Shown here one piece after another: positions 1 through 10,400 of a stretch of DNA of 64,000 nt. The notes under the pieces were generated by a model. It made no database searches and was not told the DNA's origin. It saw only the letters and a list, made by a program, of their open reading frames with translations. Origin of the DNA: Eledone cirrhosa (lineage: Eukaryota); NCBI GenBank assembly GCA_964016885.1, contig OZ024742.1, positions 163,556,001 through 163,620,000 of the forward strand. Reading direction: 5' to 3'. The position numbers were made by a program, and so were the translations under genes. Positions within the stretch are counted from its first letter, which is position 1, and every line of letters begins with the position of its first letter.

Positions 1-1461
1 TCCCCTGATTTTTTTTTACAAATTATCTCCCCCTGATATTTTTTACAAATTATCTCCCCCTGATTTTTTTACAAATTATCTCCCCTTGGCTGGCTGGAAA
101 TTATCTCCCCTTGGAGGCTGGAATTTATCTCCCCTTGGACGGCTAGAAATTACCTCGCCTTGGACGGCTGGAAAATATGTCTCCTTGGACGGCTGGAAAT
201 TATCTCTTCTTGGACGGCTGGAAATTATCTCCCCTTGGACGGCTAGATATTACCTCCCCTTGGACGGCTGGAAATTATCTCCCCTTGATTTTTTTTACAA
301 ATTAGCTCCCCCTGATTTTTTTTTACAAATTATCTCCCCCTGATTTTTTTTTACGAATTATCTCCCCCTGATTTTTTTTTACAAATTATCTCCGCCTGAT
401 TTTTTTTTTTAAATTATCTCCCCTTGGACGGCTGGAAATCATCTCCCCTTGGACGGCTAGAAGTTACCTCTCCTTGGACGGCTGAAAATTATCTCCCCTT
501 GGACGGCTGCAAATTATCTCCCCTTGATTTTTTTAACAAATTATCTCCCCCTGATTTTTTCTTACAAATTATCTCCCCCTGATTTTTATTTACAAATTAT
601 CTACGCCTAATTTTTTTTACAAATTATCTCCCCCTGATTTTTTTTTACAAATTATCTCCCCCTGACTTTTTTTTACAAATTATCTCCCCCTGATTTTTTT
701 ACAAATTATCTCCCCCCTGATTTTTATTACAATCTCCGCCTGATTTTTTAAAAAATTATCTTCCCTTGGCTGGCGGGAAATTATCTCCCCTTGGACGGCT
801 GGAAATTATATCCCCTTGGAAGGATGGAAATTAACTCCCCTTGGACGGCTGGAAATTATCTCCCCTTGGACGGCTGGAAATTATCTCCCCTTGGACAGCT
901 GGAAATTATCTGCCCTTGATTTTGTTTTTACAAATTATCTCCCCCTGATTTTTTTTACAAATTATCTCCACCTGATTTTTAAAAAAATTATCTCCCCTTG
1001 GACGGCTGGAAATTATCTCCCCTTGGCTGGAAATTATCTCCCCTTGGACGGCTAGAAATTATCTCTCTTTGGACGGCTGGAAATTATCTCCCCTTCGCTG
1101 GCTGGAAATTATCTCCCCTTGGACGCTGGAAATTATAGCCCCTTGGAGGGCTGGAAATTATCTTCCCTTGGACGGCTGGAAATTATCTCCCCTTGATTTT
1201 TTTTACAAATTATCTCCCCCTGATTTTTTTTACAAATTATCTCCCCCTGATTTTTTTTTACAAATTATCTCCCCCTGATTTTTTTTTACAAATTATCTCC
1301 GCCTGATTTTTTAAAAAAATTATCTCCCCCTGATTTTTTTTTACAAATTATCTCCCCCTGATTTTTTTTCTACAAATTATCTCCCCCTGATTTTTTTACA
1401 AATTATCTCCCCCTGATTTTTTTTACAATATCCGCCCGATTTTTTTAAAAATTATCTTCCC

Positions 1462-1632
1462 TTGGCTGGCGGGAAATTATCTCCCCTTGGACGGCTGGAA
1501 ATTATCTCCCCTTGGAAGGATGGAAATTATCTCCCCTTGGACGGCTGGAAATTATCTCCCCTTGCACGGCTGGAAATTATCTCCCCTTGGACAGCTGGAA
1601 ATTATCTGCCCTTGATTTTGTTTTTACAAATT
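1462..1632 (+). repeat. Cassette II (example): GGCTGGCGGG / GGACGGCTGG / GGAAGGATGG / GGACGGCTGG / GCACGGCTGG / GGACAGCTGG-TCTGCCC / TTGATTTTGTTTTTAC
   Basis: The same ordered series, with minor substitutions, recurs at 2758, 5251, 6522, 9047, 14353, 16554, 19478, 25427, 27996, 31780, 34107, 36600, 39535, 42034, 59918, 61189 and 63714 (pseudo-ORF MAGGKLSPLGRLEIISPWKDG...). Confidence 0.92.
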
Positions 1633-1792
1633 ATCTCCACCTGATTTTTTAAAAAATTATCTCCCCTTGGACGGCTGGAAATTATCTCCCCTTGGACGGC
1701 TAGAAATTATCTCTCTTTGGACGGCTGGAAATTATCTCCCTTTGATTTTTTTTACAAATTTCCCCCTGATTTTTAAAAAAAAATTATCTCCC

Positions 1793-1900
1793 CTTCGCTG
1801 GCTGGAAATTATCTCCCCTTGGACACTGGAAATTATAGCCCCTTGGAGGGCTGGAAATTATCTTCCCTTGGACGGCTGGAAATTATCTCCCCTTGATTTT
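1793..1900 (+). repeat. Cassette III (example): TTCGCTGGCTGG / 24-bp TTGGAC(A/G)CTGGAAATTATAGCCCC / TTGGAGGGCTGG-TCTTCCC / canonical A
   Basis: Recurs near 1094, 3090, 6854, 9427, 11981, 13391, 21690, 26771, 30270, 34440 and 59636. Confidence 0.9.
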
Positions 1901-2191
1901 TTTTACAAATAATCTCCCCCTGATTTTTTTTTACAAATTATCTCCCCCTGATTTTTTTTTACAAATTATCTCCGCCTGATTTTTTTTTAAAATTATCTCT
2001 CCTTGGACGGCTGGAAATTATCTCCACTTGATTTTTTTTACAAATCATCTCCCCCTGATTTTTTTTTACAAATTATCTCCCCCTGATTTTTTTTTACAAA
2101 TTATCTTCCCCTGATTTTTTTTTACAAATTATCTCCCCCTGATTTTTTTTACAAATTATCTCCCCATGATTTTTTTACAAATTATCTCCCC

Positions 2192-2420
2192 TTGGCTGGC
2201 TGGAAATTATCTCCCCTTGGAGGCTGGAATTTATCTCCCCTTGGACGGCTAGAAATTACCTCTCCTTGGACGGCTGGAAAATATGTCTCCTTGGACGGCT
2301 GGATATTATCTACCCTTGGACGGCTGGAAATTATCTCCCCTTGGACGGCTGGAAATTATCTCCCCTTGGACGGCTAGATATTACCTCCCCTTGGACGGCT
2401 GGAAATTATCTCCCCTTGAT
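2192..2420 (+). repeat. Cassette I (example): GGCTGGCTGG / GGAGGCTGGAATTT / GGCTAGAAATTACC / GGAAAATATGTCTCC / GGATATTATCTACCC / ... / GGCTAGATATTACC / exit to B
   Basis: Recurs at 86, 3488, 4618, 5956, 7252, 8231, 11248, 13113, 13968, 17852, 23849, 24727, 25926 and many more (pseudo-ORF MAGWKLSPLGGWNLSPLGRLEITS...). Confidence 0.92.
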
Positions 2421-2518
2421 TTTTTTTACAAATTATCTCCCCCTGATTTTTTTTACAAATTATCTCCCCCTGATTTTTTTACAAATTATCTCCCCATGAT
2501 TTTTCTACAAATTATCTC

Positions 2519-2630
2519 CGCCTAATTTTTTTAAATATTATCTTCCCTTGGCTGGCGGGAAATTATCTCCCCTTGGACGGCTGAAAATTATCTCCCCTTG
2601 GACGGCTGGAAATTATCTCCCCTTGATTTT
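2519..2630 (+). repeat. Cassette IV (example): GCCTAATTTTTTTAAATATTATCTTCCC / TTGGCTGGCGGG / GGACGGCTGAAAA / canonical A / exit to B
   Basis: Recurs near 3815, 6283, 7579, 9713, 15621, 18206, 26255, 35163 and 60950. Confidence 0.88.
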
Positions 2631-4053
2631 TTTACAAATTATCTCCCCCTGATTATTTTTTACAAATTATCTCCCCCTGATTTTTTTTTACAAATTATCT
2701 CCCTCTGATTTTTTTTACAAATTATCTCCCCCTGATTTTTTTACAAATTATCTTCCCTTGGCTGGCGGGAAATTATCTCCCCTTGGACGGCTGGAAATTA
2801 TCTCCCCTTGGAAGGATGGAAATTATCTCCCCTTGGACGGCTGGAAATTATCTCCCCTTGCACGGCTGGAAATTATCTCCCCTTGGACAGCTGGAAATTA
2901 TCTGCCCTTGATTTTGTTTTTACAAATTATCTCCACCTGATTTTTTAAAAAATTATCTCCCCTTGGACGGCTGGAAATTATCTCCCCTTGGACGGCTAGA
3001 AATTATCTCTCTTTGGACGGCTGGAAATTATCTCCCTTTTATTTTTTTTACAAATTTCCCCCTGATTTTTTAAAAAAAATTATCTCCCCTTCGCTGGCTG
3101 GAAATTATCTCCCCTTGGACACTGGAAATTATAGCCCCTTGGAGGGCTGGAAATTATCTTCCCTTGGACGGCTGGAAATTATCTCCCCTTGATTTTTTTT
3201 ACAAATAATCTCCCCCTGATTTTTTTTTACAAATTATCTCCCCCTGATTTTTTTTTACAAATTATCTCCGCCTGATTTTTTTTTAAAATTATCTCTCCTT
3301 GGACGGCTGGAAATTATCTCCACTTGATTTTTTTTACAAATCATCTCCCCCTGATTTTTTTTTACAAATTATCTCCCCCTGATTTTTTTTTACAAATTAT
3401 CTTCCCCTGATTTTTTTTTACAAATTATCTCCCCCTGATTTTTTTTACAAATTATCTCCCCATGATTTTTTTACAAATTATCTCCCCTTGGCTGGCTGGA
3501 AATTATCTCCCCTTGGAGGCTGGAATTTATCTCCCCTTGGACGGCTAGAAATTACCTCTCCTTGGACGGCTGGAAAATATGTCTCCTTGGACGGCTGGAT
3601 ATTATCTACCCTTGGACGGCTGGAAATTATCTCCCCTTGGACGGCTGGAAATTATCTCCCCTTGGACGGCTAGATATTACCTCCCCTTGGACGGCTGGAA
3701 ATTATCTCCCCTTGATTTTTTTTACAAATTATCTCCCCCTGATTTTTTTTACAAATTATCTCCCCCTGATTTTTTTACAAATTATCTCCCCATGATTTTT
3801 CTACAAATTATCTCCGCCTAATTTTTTTAAATATTATCTTCCCTTGGCTGGCGGGAAATTATCTCCCCTTGGACGGCTGAAAATTATCTCCCCTTGGACG
3901 GCTGGAAATTATCTCCCCTTGATTTTTTTACAAATTATCTCCCCCTGATTATTTTTTACAAATTATCTCCCCCTGATTTTTTTTTACAAATTATCTCCCT
4001 CTGATTTTTTTTACAAATTATCTCCCCCTGATTTTTTTACAAATTATCTTCCC

Positions 4054-4455
4054 TTGGCTGGCGGGAAATTATCTCCCCTTGGACGGCTGGAAATTATCTC
4101 CCCTTGGAAGGATGGAAATTATCTCCCCTTGAACGGCTGGAAATTATCTCCCCTTGCACGGCTGGAAATTATCTCCCCTTGGACAGCTGGAAATTATCTG
4201 CCCTTGGACGGCTGGAAATTATCTCTCCTCGGACGGCTAGAAATTACCTCTCCTTGGACGGCTGAAAATTATCTCCCCTTGGACGGCTGGAAAATATGTC
4301 TCCTTGGACGGCTGGAAATTATCTCCCCTTGGACGGCTGGAAATTATCTCCCCTTGGACGGCTGGAAATTATCTCTCCTCGGACGGCTAGAAATTACCTC
4401 TCCTTGGACGGCTGAAAATTATCTCCCCTTGGACGGCTGGAAATTATCTCCCCTT
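4054..4455 (+). repeat. Type A monomer run (consensus AAATTATCTCCCCTTGGACGGCTGG, 25 bp); longest run seen, 16 monomers
   Basis: Direct reading shows a 25-bp period with no poly-T monomer in the interval. Equivalent runs start at 35402 and 37896. Confidence 0.95.
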
Positions 4456-7400
4456 GATTTTTTTTACAAATTATCTCCCCCTGATTTTTTTTTACAAATT
4501 ATCTCCCCCTGATTTTTTTTTACAAATTATCTCCCCCTGATTTTTTTTTACAAATTATCTCCCCCTGATATTTTTTACAAATTATCTCCCCCTGATTTTT
4601 TTACAAATTATCTCCCCTTGGCTGGCTGGAAATTATCTCCCCTTGGAGGCTGGAATTTATCTCCCCTTGGACGGCTAGAAATTACCTCGCCTTGGACGGC
4701 TGGAAAATATGTCTCCTTGGACGGCTGGAAATTATCTCCCCTTGGACGGCTGGAAATTATCTCCCCTTGGACGGCTAGATATTACCTCCCCTTGGACGGC
4801 TGGAAATTATCTCCCCTTGATTTTTTTTTACAAATTATCTCCCCCTGATTTTTTTTTACAAATTATCTCCCCCTGATTTTTTTTTACGAATTATCTCCCC
4901 CTGATTTTTTTTACAAATTATCTCCGCCTGATTTTTTTAAAAAAATTATCTCCCCTTGGACGGCTGGAAATTATCTCCCCTTGATTTTTTTTACAAATTA
5001 TCTCCCCCTGATTTTTTTTACAAATTATCTCCCCCTGATTTTTTTTTACAAATTATCTCCCCCTGATTTTTTTTTTACAAATTATCTCCGCCTGATTTTT
5101 TAAAAAAATTATCTCCCCCTGATTTTTTTTTACAAATTATCTCCCCCTGATTTTTTTTCTACAAATTATCTCCCCCTGATTTTTTTACAAATTATCTCCC
5201 CCTGATTTTTTTTACAATATCCGCCCGATTTTTTTAAAAATTATCTTCCCTTGGCTGGCGGGAAATTATCTCCCCTTGGACGGCTGGAAATTATCTCCCC
5301 TTGGAAGGATGGAAATTATTTCCCCTTGGACGGCTGGAAATTATCTCCCCTTGCACGGCTGGAAATTATCTCCCCTTGGACAGCTGGAAATTATCTGCCC
5401 TTGATTTTGTTTTTACAAATTATCTCCACCTGATTTTTTAAAAAATTATCTCCCCTTGGACGGCTGGAAATTATCTCCCCTTGGACGGCTAGAAATTATC
5501 TCTCTTTGGACGGCTGGAAATTATCTCCCTTTGATTTTTTTTACAAATTTCCCCCTGATTTTTAAAAAAAAATTATCTCCCCTTGGACACTGGAAATTAT
5601 AGCCCCTTGGAGGGCTGGAAATTATCTTCCCTTGGACGGCTGGAAATTATCTCCCCTTGATTTTTTTTACAAATAATCTCCCCCTGATTTTTTTTTACAA
5701 ATTATCTCCCCCTGATTTTTTTTTACAAATTATCTCCGCCTGAATTTTTTTTTAAATTATCTCTCCTTGGACGGTTGGAAATTATCTCCACTTGATTTTT
5801 TTTACAAATCATCTCCCCCTGATTTTTTTTTACAAATTATCTCCCCATGATTTTTTTTTACAAATTATCTTCCCCTGATTTTTTTTTACAAATTATCTCC
5901 CCCTGATTTTTTTTACAAATTATCTCCCCATGATTTTTTTACAAATTATCTCCCCTTGGCTGGCTGGAAATTATCTCCCCTTGGAGGCTGGAATTTATCT
6001 CCCCTTGGACGGCTAGAAATTACCTCTCCTTGGACGGCTGGAAAATATGTCTCCTTGGACGGCTGGATATTATCTACCCTTGGACGGCTGGAAATTATCT
6101 CCCCTTGGACGGCTGGAAATTATCTCCCCTTGGACGGCTAGATATTACCTCCCCTTGGACGGCTGGAAATTATCTCCCCTTGATTTTTTTTACAAATTAT
6201 CTCCCCCTGATTTTTTTTACAAATTATCTCCCCCTGATTTTTTTACAAATTATCTCCCCATGATTTTTCTACAAATTATCTCCGCCTAATTTTTTTAAAT
6301 ATTATCTTCCCTTGGCTGGCGGGAAATTATCTCCCCTTGGACGGCTGAAAATTATCTCCCCTTGGACGGCTGGAAATTATCTCCCCTTGATTTTTTTACA
6401 AATTATCTCCCCCTGATTATTTTTTACAAATTATCTCCCCCTGATTTTTTTTTACAAATTATCTCCCTCTGATTTTTTTTACAAATTATCTCCCCCTGAT
6501 TTTTTTACAAATTATCTTCCCTTGGCTGGCGGGAAATTATCTCCCCTTGGGCGGCTGGAAATTATCTCCCCTTGGAAGAATGGAAATTATCTCCCCTTGG
6601 ACGGCTGGAAATTATCTCCCCTTGCACGGCTGGAAATTATCTCCCCTTGGACAGCTGGAAATTATCTGCCCTTGATTTTGTTTTTACAAATTATCTCCAC
6701 CTGATTTTTTAAAAAATTATCTCCCCTTGGACGGCTGGAAATTATCTCCCCTTGGACGGCTAGAAATTATCTCTCTTTGGACGGCTGGAAATTATCTCCC
6801 TTTGATTTTTTTTACAAATTTCCCCCTGATTTTTTAAAAAAAATTATCTCCCCTTCGCTGGCTGGAAATTATCTCCCCTTGGACACTGGAAATTATAGCC
6901 CCTTGGAGGGCTGGAAATTATCTTCCCTTGGACGGCTGGAAATTATCTCCCCTTGATTTTTTTTACAAATAATCTCCCCCTGATTTTTTTTTACAAATTA
7001 TCTCCCCCTGATTTTTTTTTACAAATTATCTCCGCCTGATTTTTTTTTAAAATTATCTCTCCTTGGACGGCTGGAAATTATCTCCACTTGATTTTTTTTA
7101 CAAATCATCTCCCCCTGATTTTTTTTTACAAATTATCTCCCCCTGATTTTTTTTTACAAATTATCTTCCCCTGATTTTTTTTTACAAATTATCTCCCCCT
7201 GATTTTTTTTACAAATTATCTCCCCATGATTTTTTTACAAATTATCTCCCCTTGGCTGGCTGGAAATTATCTCCCCTTGGAGGCTGGAATTTATCTCCCC
7301 TTGGACGGCTAGAAATTACCTCTCCTTGGACGGCTGGAAAATATGTCTCCTTGGACGGCTGGATATTATCTACCCTTGGACGGCTGGAAATTATCTCCCC

Positions 7401-10400
7401 TTGGACGGCTGGAAATTATCTCCCCTTGGACGGCTAGATATTACCTCCCCTTGGACGGCTGGAAATTATCTCGCCTTGATTTTTTTTACAAATTATCTCC
7501 CCCTGATTTTTTTTACAAATTATCTCCCCCTGATTTTTTTACAAATTATCTCCCCATGATTTTTCTACAAATTATCTCCGCCTAATTTTTTTAAATATTA
7601 TCTTCCCTTGGCTGGCGGGAAATTATCTCCCCTTGGACGGCTGAAAATTATCTCCCCTTGGACGGCTGGAAATTATCTCCCCTTGATTTTTTTACAAATT
7701 ATCTCCCCCTGATTATTTTTTACAAATTATCTCCCCCTGATTTTTTTTTACAAATTATCTCCCTCTGATTTTTTTTACAAATTATCTCCCCCTGATTTTT
7801 TTACAAATTATCGCCCCTTGGCTGGCTGGAAATTATCTCCCCTTGGAGGCTGGAATTTATCACCCCTTGGACGGTTAGAAATTACCTCTCCTTGGACGGC
7901 TGGAAAATATGTCTCCTTGGACGGCTGGAAATTATCTCCCCTTGGACGGCTGGAAATTATCTCCCCTTGGACGGCTGGAAATTATCTCTCCTCGGACGGC
8001 TAGAAATTACCTCTCCTTGGACGGCTGAAAATTATCTCCCCTTGGACGGCTGGAAATTATCTCCCCTTGATTTTTTTTACAAATTATCTCCCCCTGATTT
8101 TTTTTTACAAATTATCTTCCCCTGATTTTTTTTTACAAATTATCTCCCCCTGATTTTTTTTTACAAATTATCTCCCCCTGATATTTTTTACAAATTATCT
8201 CCCCCTGATTTTTTTACAAATTATCTCCCCTTGGCTGGCTGGAAATTATCTCCCCTTGGAGGCTGGAATTTATCTCCCCTTGGACGGCTAGAAATTACCT
8301 CGCCTTGGACGGCTGGAAAATATGTCTCCTTGGACGGCTGGAAATTATCTCCCCTTGGACGGCTGGAAATTATCTCCCCTTGGACGGCTAGATATTACCT
8401 CCCCTTGGACGGCTGGAAATTATCTCCCCTTGATTTTTTTTTACAAATTATCTCCCCCTGATTTTTTTTTACAAATTATCTCCCCCTGATTTTTTTTTAC
8501 GAATTATCTCCCCCTGATTTTTTTTACAAATTATCTCCGCCTGATTTTTTTAAAAAAATTATCTCCCCTTGGACGGCTGGAAATTATCTCCCCTTGATTT
8601 TTTTTACAAATTATCTCCCCCTGATTTTTTTTTACAAATTATCTCCCCCTGATTTTTTTTTACAAATTATCTACCCCTGATTTTTTTTTACAAATTATCT
8701 CCCCCTGATTTTTTTTACAAATTATCTCCCCCTGATTTTTTTTTTACAAATTATCTTCGCCTGATTTTTTTAAAAAAATTATCTCCCCTTGGACGGCTGG
8801 AAATTATCTCCCCTTGGACGGCTGGAAATTATCTCCCCTTGGACGGCTAGAAATTACCTCTACTTGGACGGCTGAAAATTATCTCCCCTTGGACGGCTGC
8901 AAATTATCTCCCCTTGATTTTTTTTACAAATTATCTCCCCCTGATTTTTTTTTACAAATTATCTCCCCTTGATTTTTTTTCTACAAATTATCTCCCCCTG
9001 ATTTTTTTTACAATCTCCGCCTGATTTTTTAAAAAATTATCTTCCCTTGGCTGGCGGGAAATTATCTCCCCTTGGACGGCTGGAAATTATCTCCCCTTGG
9101 AAGGATGGAAATTATCTCCCCTTGGACGGCTGGAAATTATCTCCCCTTGCACGGCTGGAAATTATCTCCCCTTGGACAGCTGGAAATTATCTGCCCTTGA
9201 TTTTGTTTTTACAAATTATCTCCCCCTGATTTTTTTTACAAATTATCTCCACCTGATTTTTTAAAAAATTATCTCCCCTTGGACGGCTGGAAATTATCTC
9301 CCCTTGGCTGGAAATTATCTCTCCTTGGACGGCTGGAAATTATCTCCCTTTGATTTTTTTTACAAATTATCTCCCTCTGAATTTTTACAAATTTCCCCCT
9401 GATTTAAAAAAAAAAATTATCTCCCCTTCGCTGGCTGGAAATTATCTCCCCTTGGACACTGGAAATTATAGCCCCTTGGAGGGCTGGAAATTATCTTCCC
9501 TTGGACGGCTGGAAATTATCTCCCCTTGATTTTTTTTACAAATTATCTCCCCCTGATTTTTTTTTACAAATTATCTACCCCTGATTTTTTTTTACAAATT
9601 ATCTCCCCCTGATTTTTTTTACAAATTATCTCCCCCTGATTTTTTTTACAAATTATCTCCCCCTGATTTTTTTACAAATTATCTCCCCCTGATTTTTTTT
9701 ACAAATTATCTCCGCCTAATTTTTTTAAATATTATCTTCCCTTGGCTGGCGGGAAATTATCTCCCCTTGGACGGCTGAAAATTATCTCCCCTTGGACGGC
9801 TGGAAATTATCTCCCCTTGATTTTTTTACAAATTATCTCCCCCTGATTATTTTTTACAAATTATCTCCCCCTGATTTTTTTTACAAATTATCTCCCCCTG
9901 ATTTTTTTTACAAATTATCTCCCCCTGATTTTTTTTTTACAAGTTATCTCCGCCTGATTTTTTTTACAAATTATCTCCCCCTGATTTTTTTACAAATTAT
10001 CTCCCCCTGATTTTTTTTACAAATTATCTCCGCCTAATTTTTTTAAATATTATCTTCCCTTGGCTGGCGGGAAATTATCTCCCCTTGGACGGCTAGAAAT
10101 TACCTCTCCTTGGACGACTGAAAATTATCTCCCCTTTGACAGCTGCAAATTATCTCCCCTTGATTTTTTTTACAAATTATCTCCGCCTGATTTTTTTTAA
10201 AAAATTATCTCCCCTTGGACGGCTGGAAATTATCTCCCCTTGGACGGCTGGAAATTGTCTCCCCTTGGACGGCTAGAAATTACCTCTCCTTGGACGGCTG
10301 AAAATTATCTCCCCTTGGACGGCTGGAAATTATCTCCCCTTGATTTTTTTACAAATTATCTCCGCCTGATATTTTTTTACAAATTATCTCCCCCTGATTT

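Larger units (their letters stand above)
1462..7817 (+). repeat. Tandem ~1.3-kb HORs with unit lengths 1296, 1296, 1197 (variant), 1271 and 1296 bp
   Basis: Unit starts at 1462, 2758, 4054, 5251 and 6522, ending at 7817. Identical or near-identical pseudo-ORFs at 2192/3488 and 5956/7252 are offset by 1296. The 1271 unit lacks one 25-bp TTCGCTGGCTGG monomer at ~5580. Confidence 0.9.

Noticed and set aside
1300-1325. Rho-independent terminators, Pol III terminators or cruciforms at T tracts and TTTTTTAAAAAA junctions
   Set aside because: There is no GC-rich stem before the T tracts and no gene context. The T/A dyads are short and AT-only.
1465-1472. Chi-like octamer GCTGGCGG (one mismatch from E. 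coli Chi GCTGGTGG) in entry monomers
   Set aside because: It is a simple derivative of the A tail, it is not an exact Chi, and the breakpoints I mapped do not sit at it.
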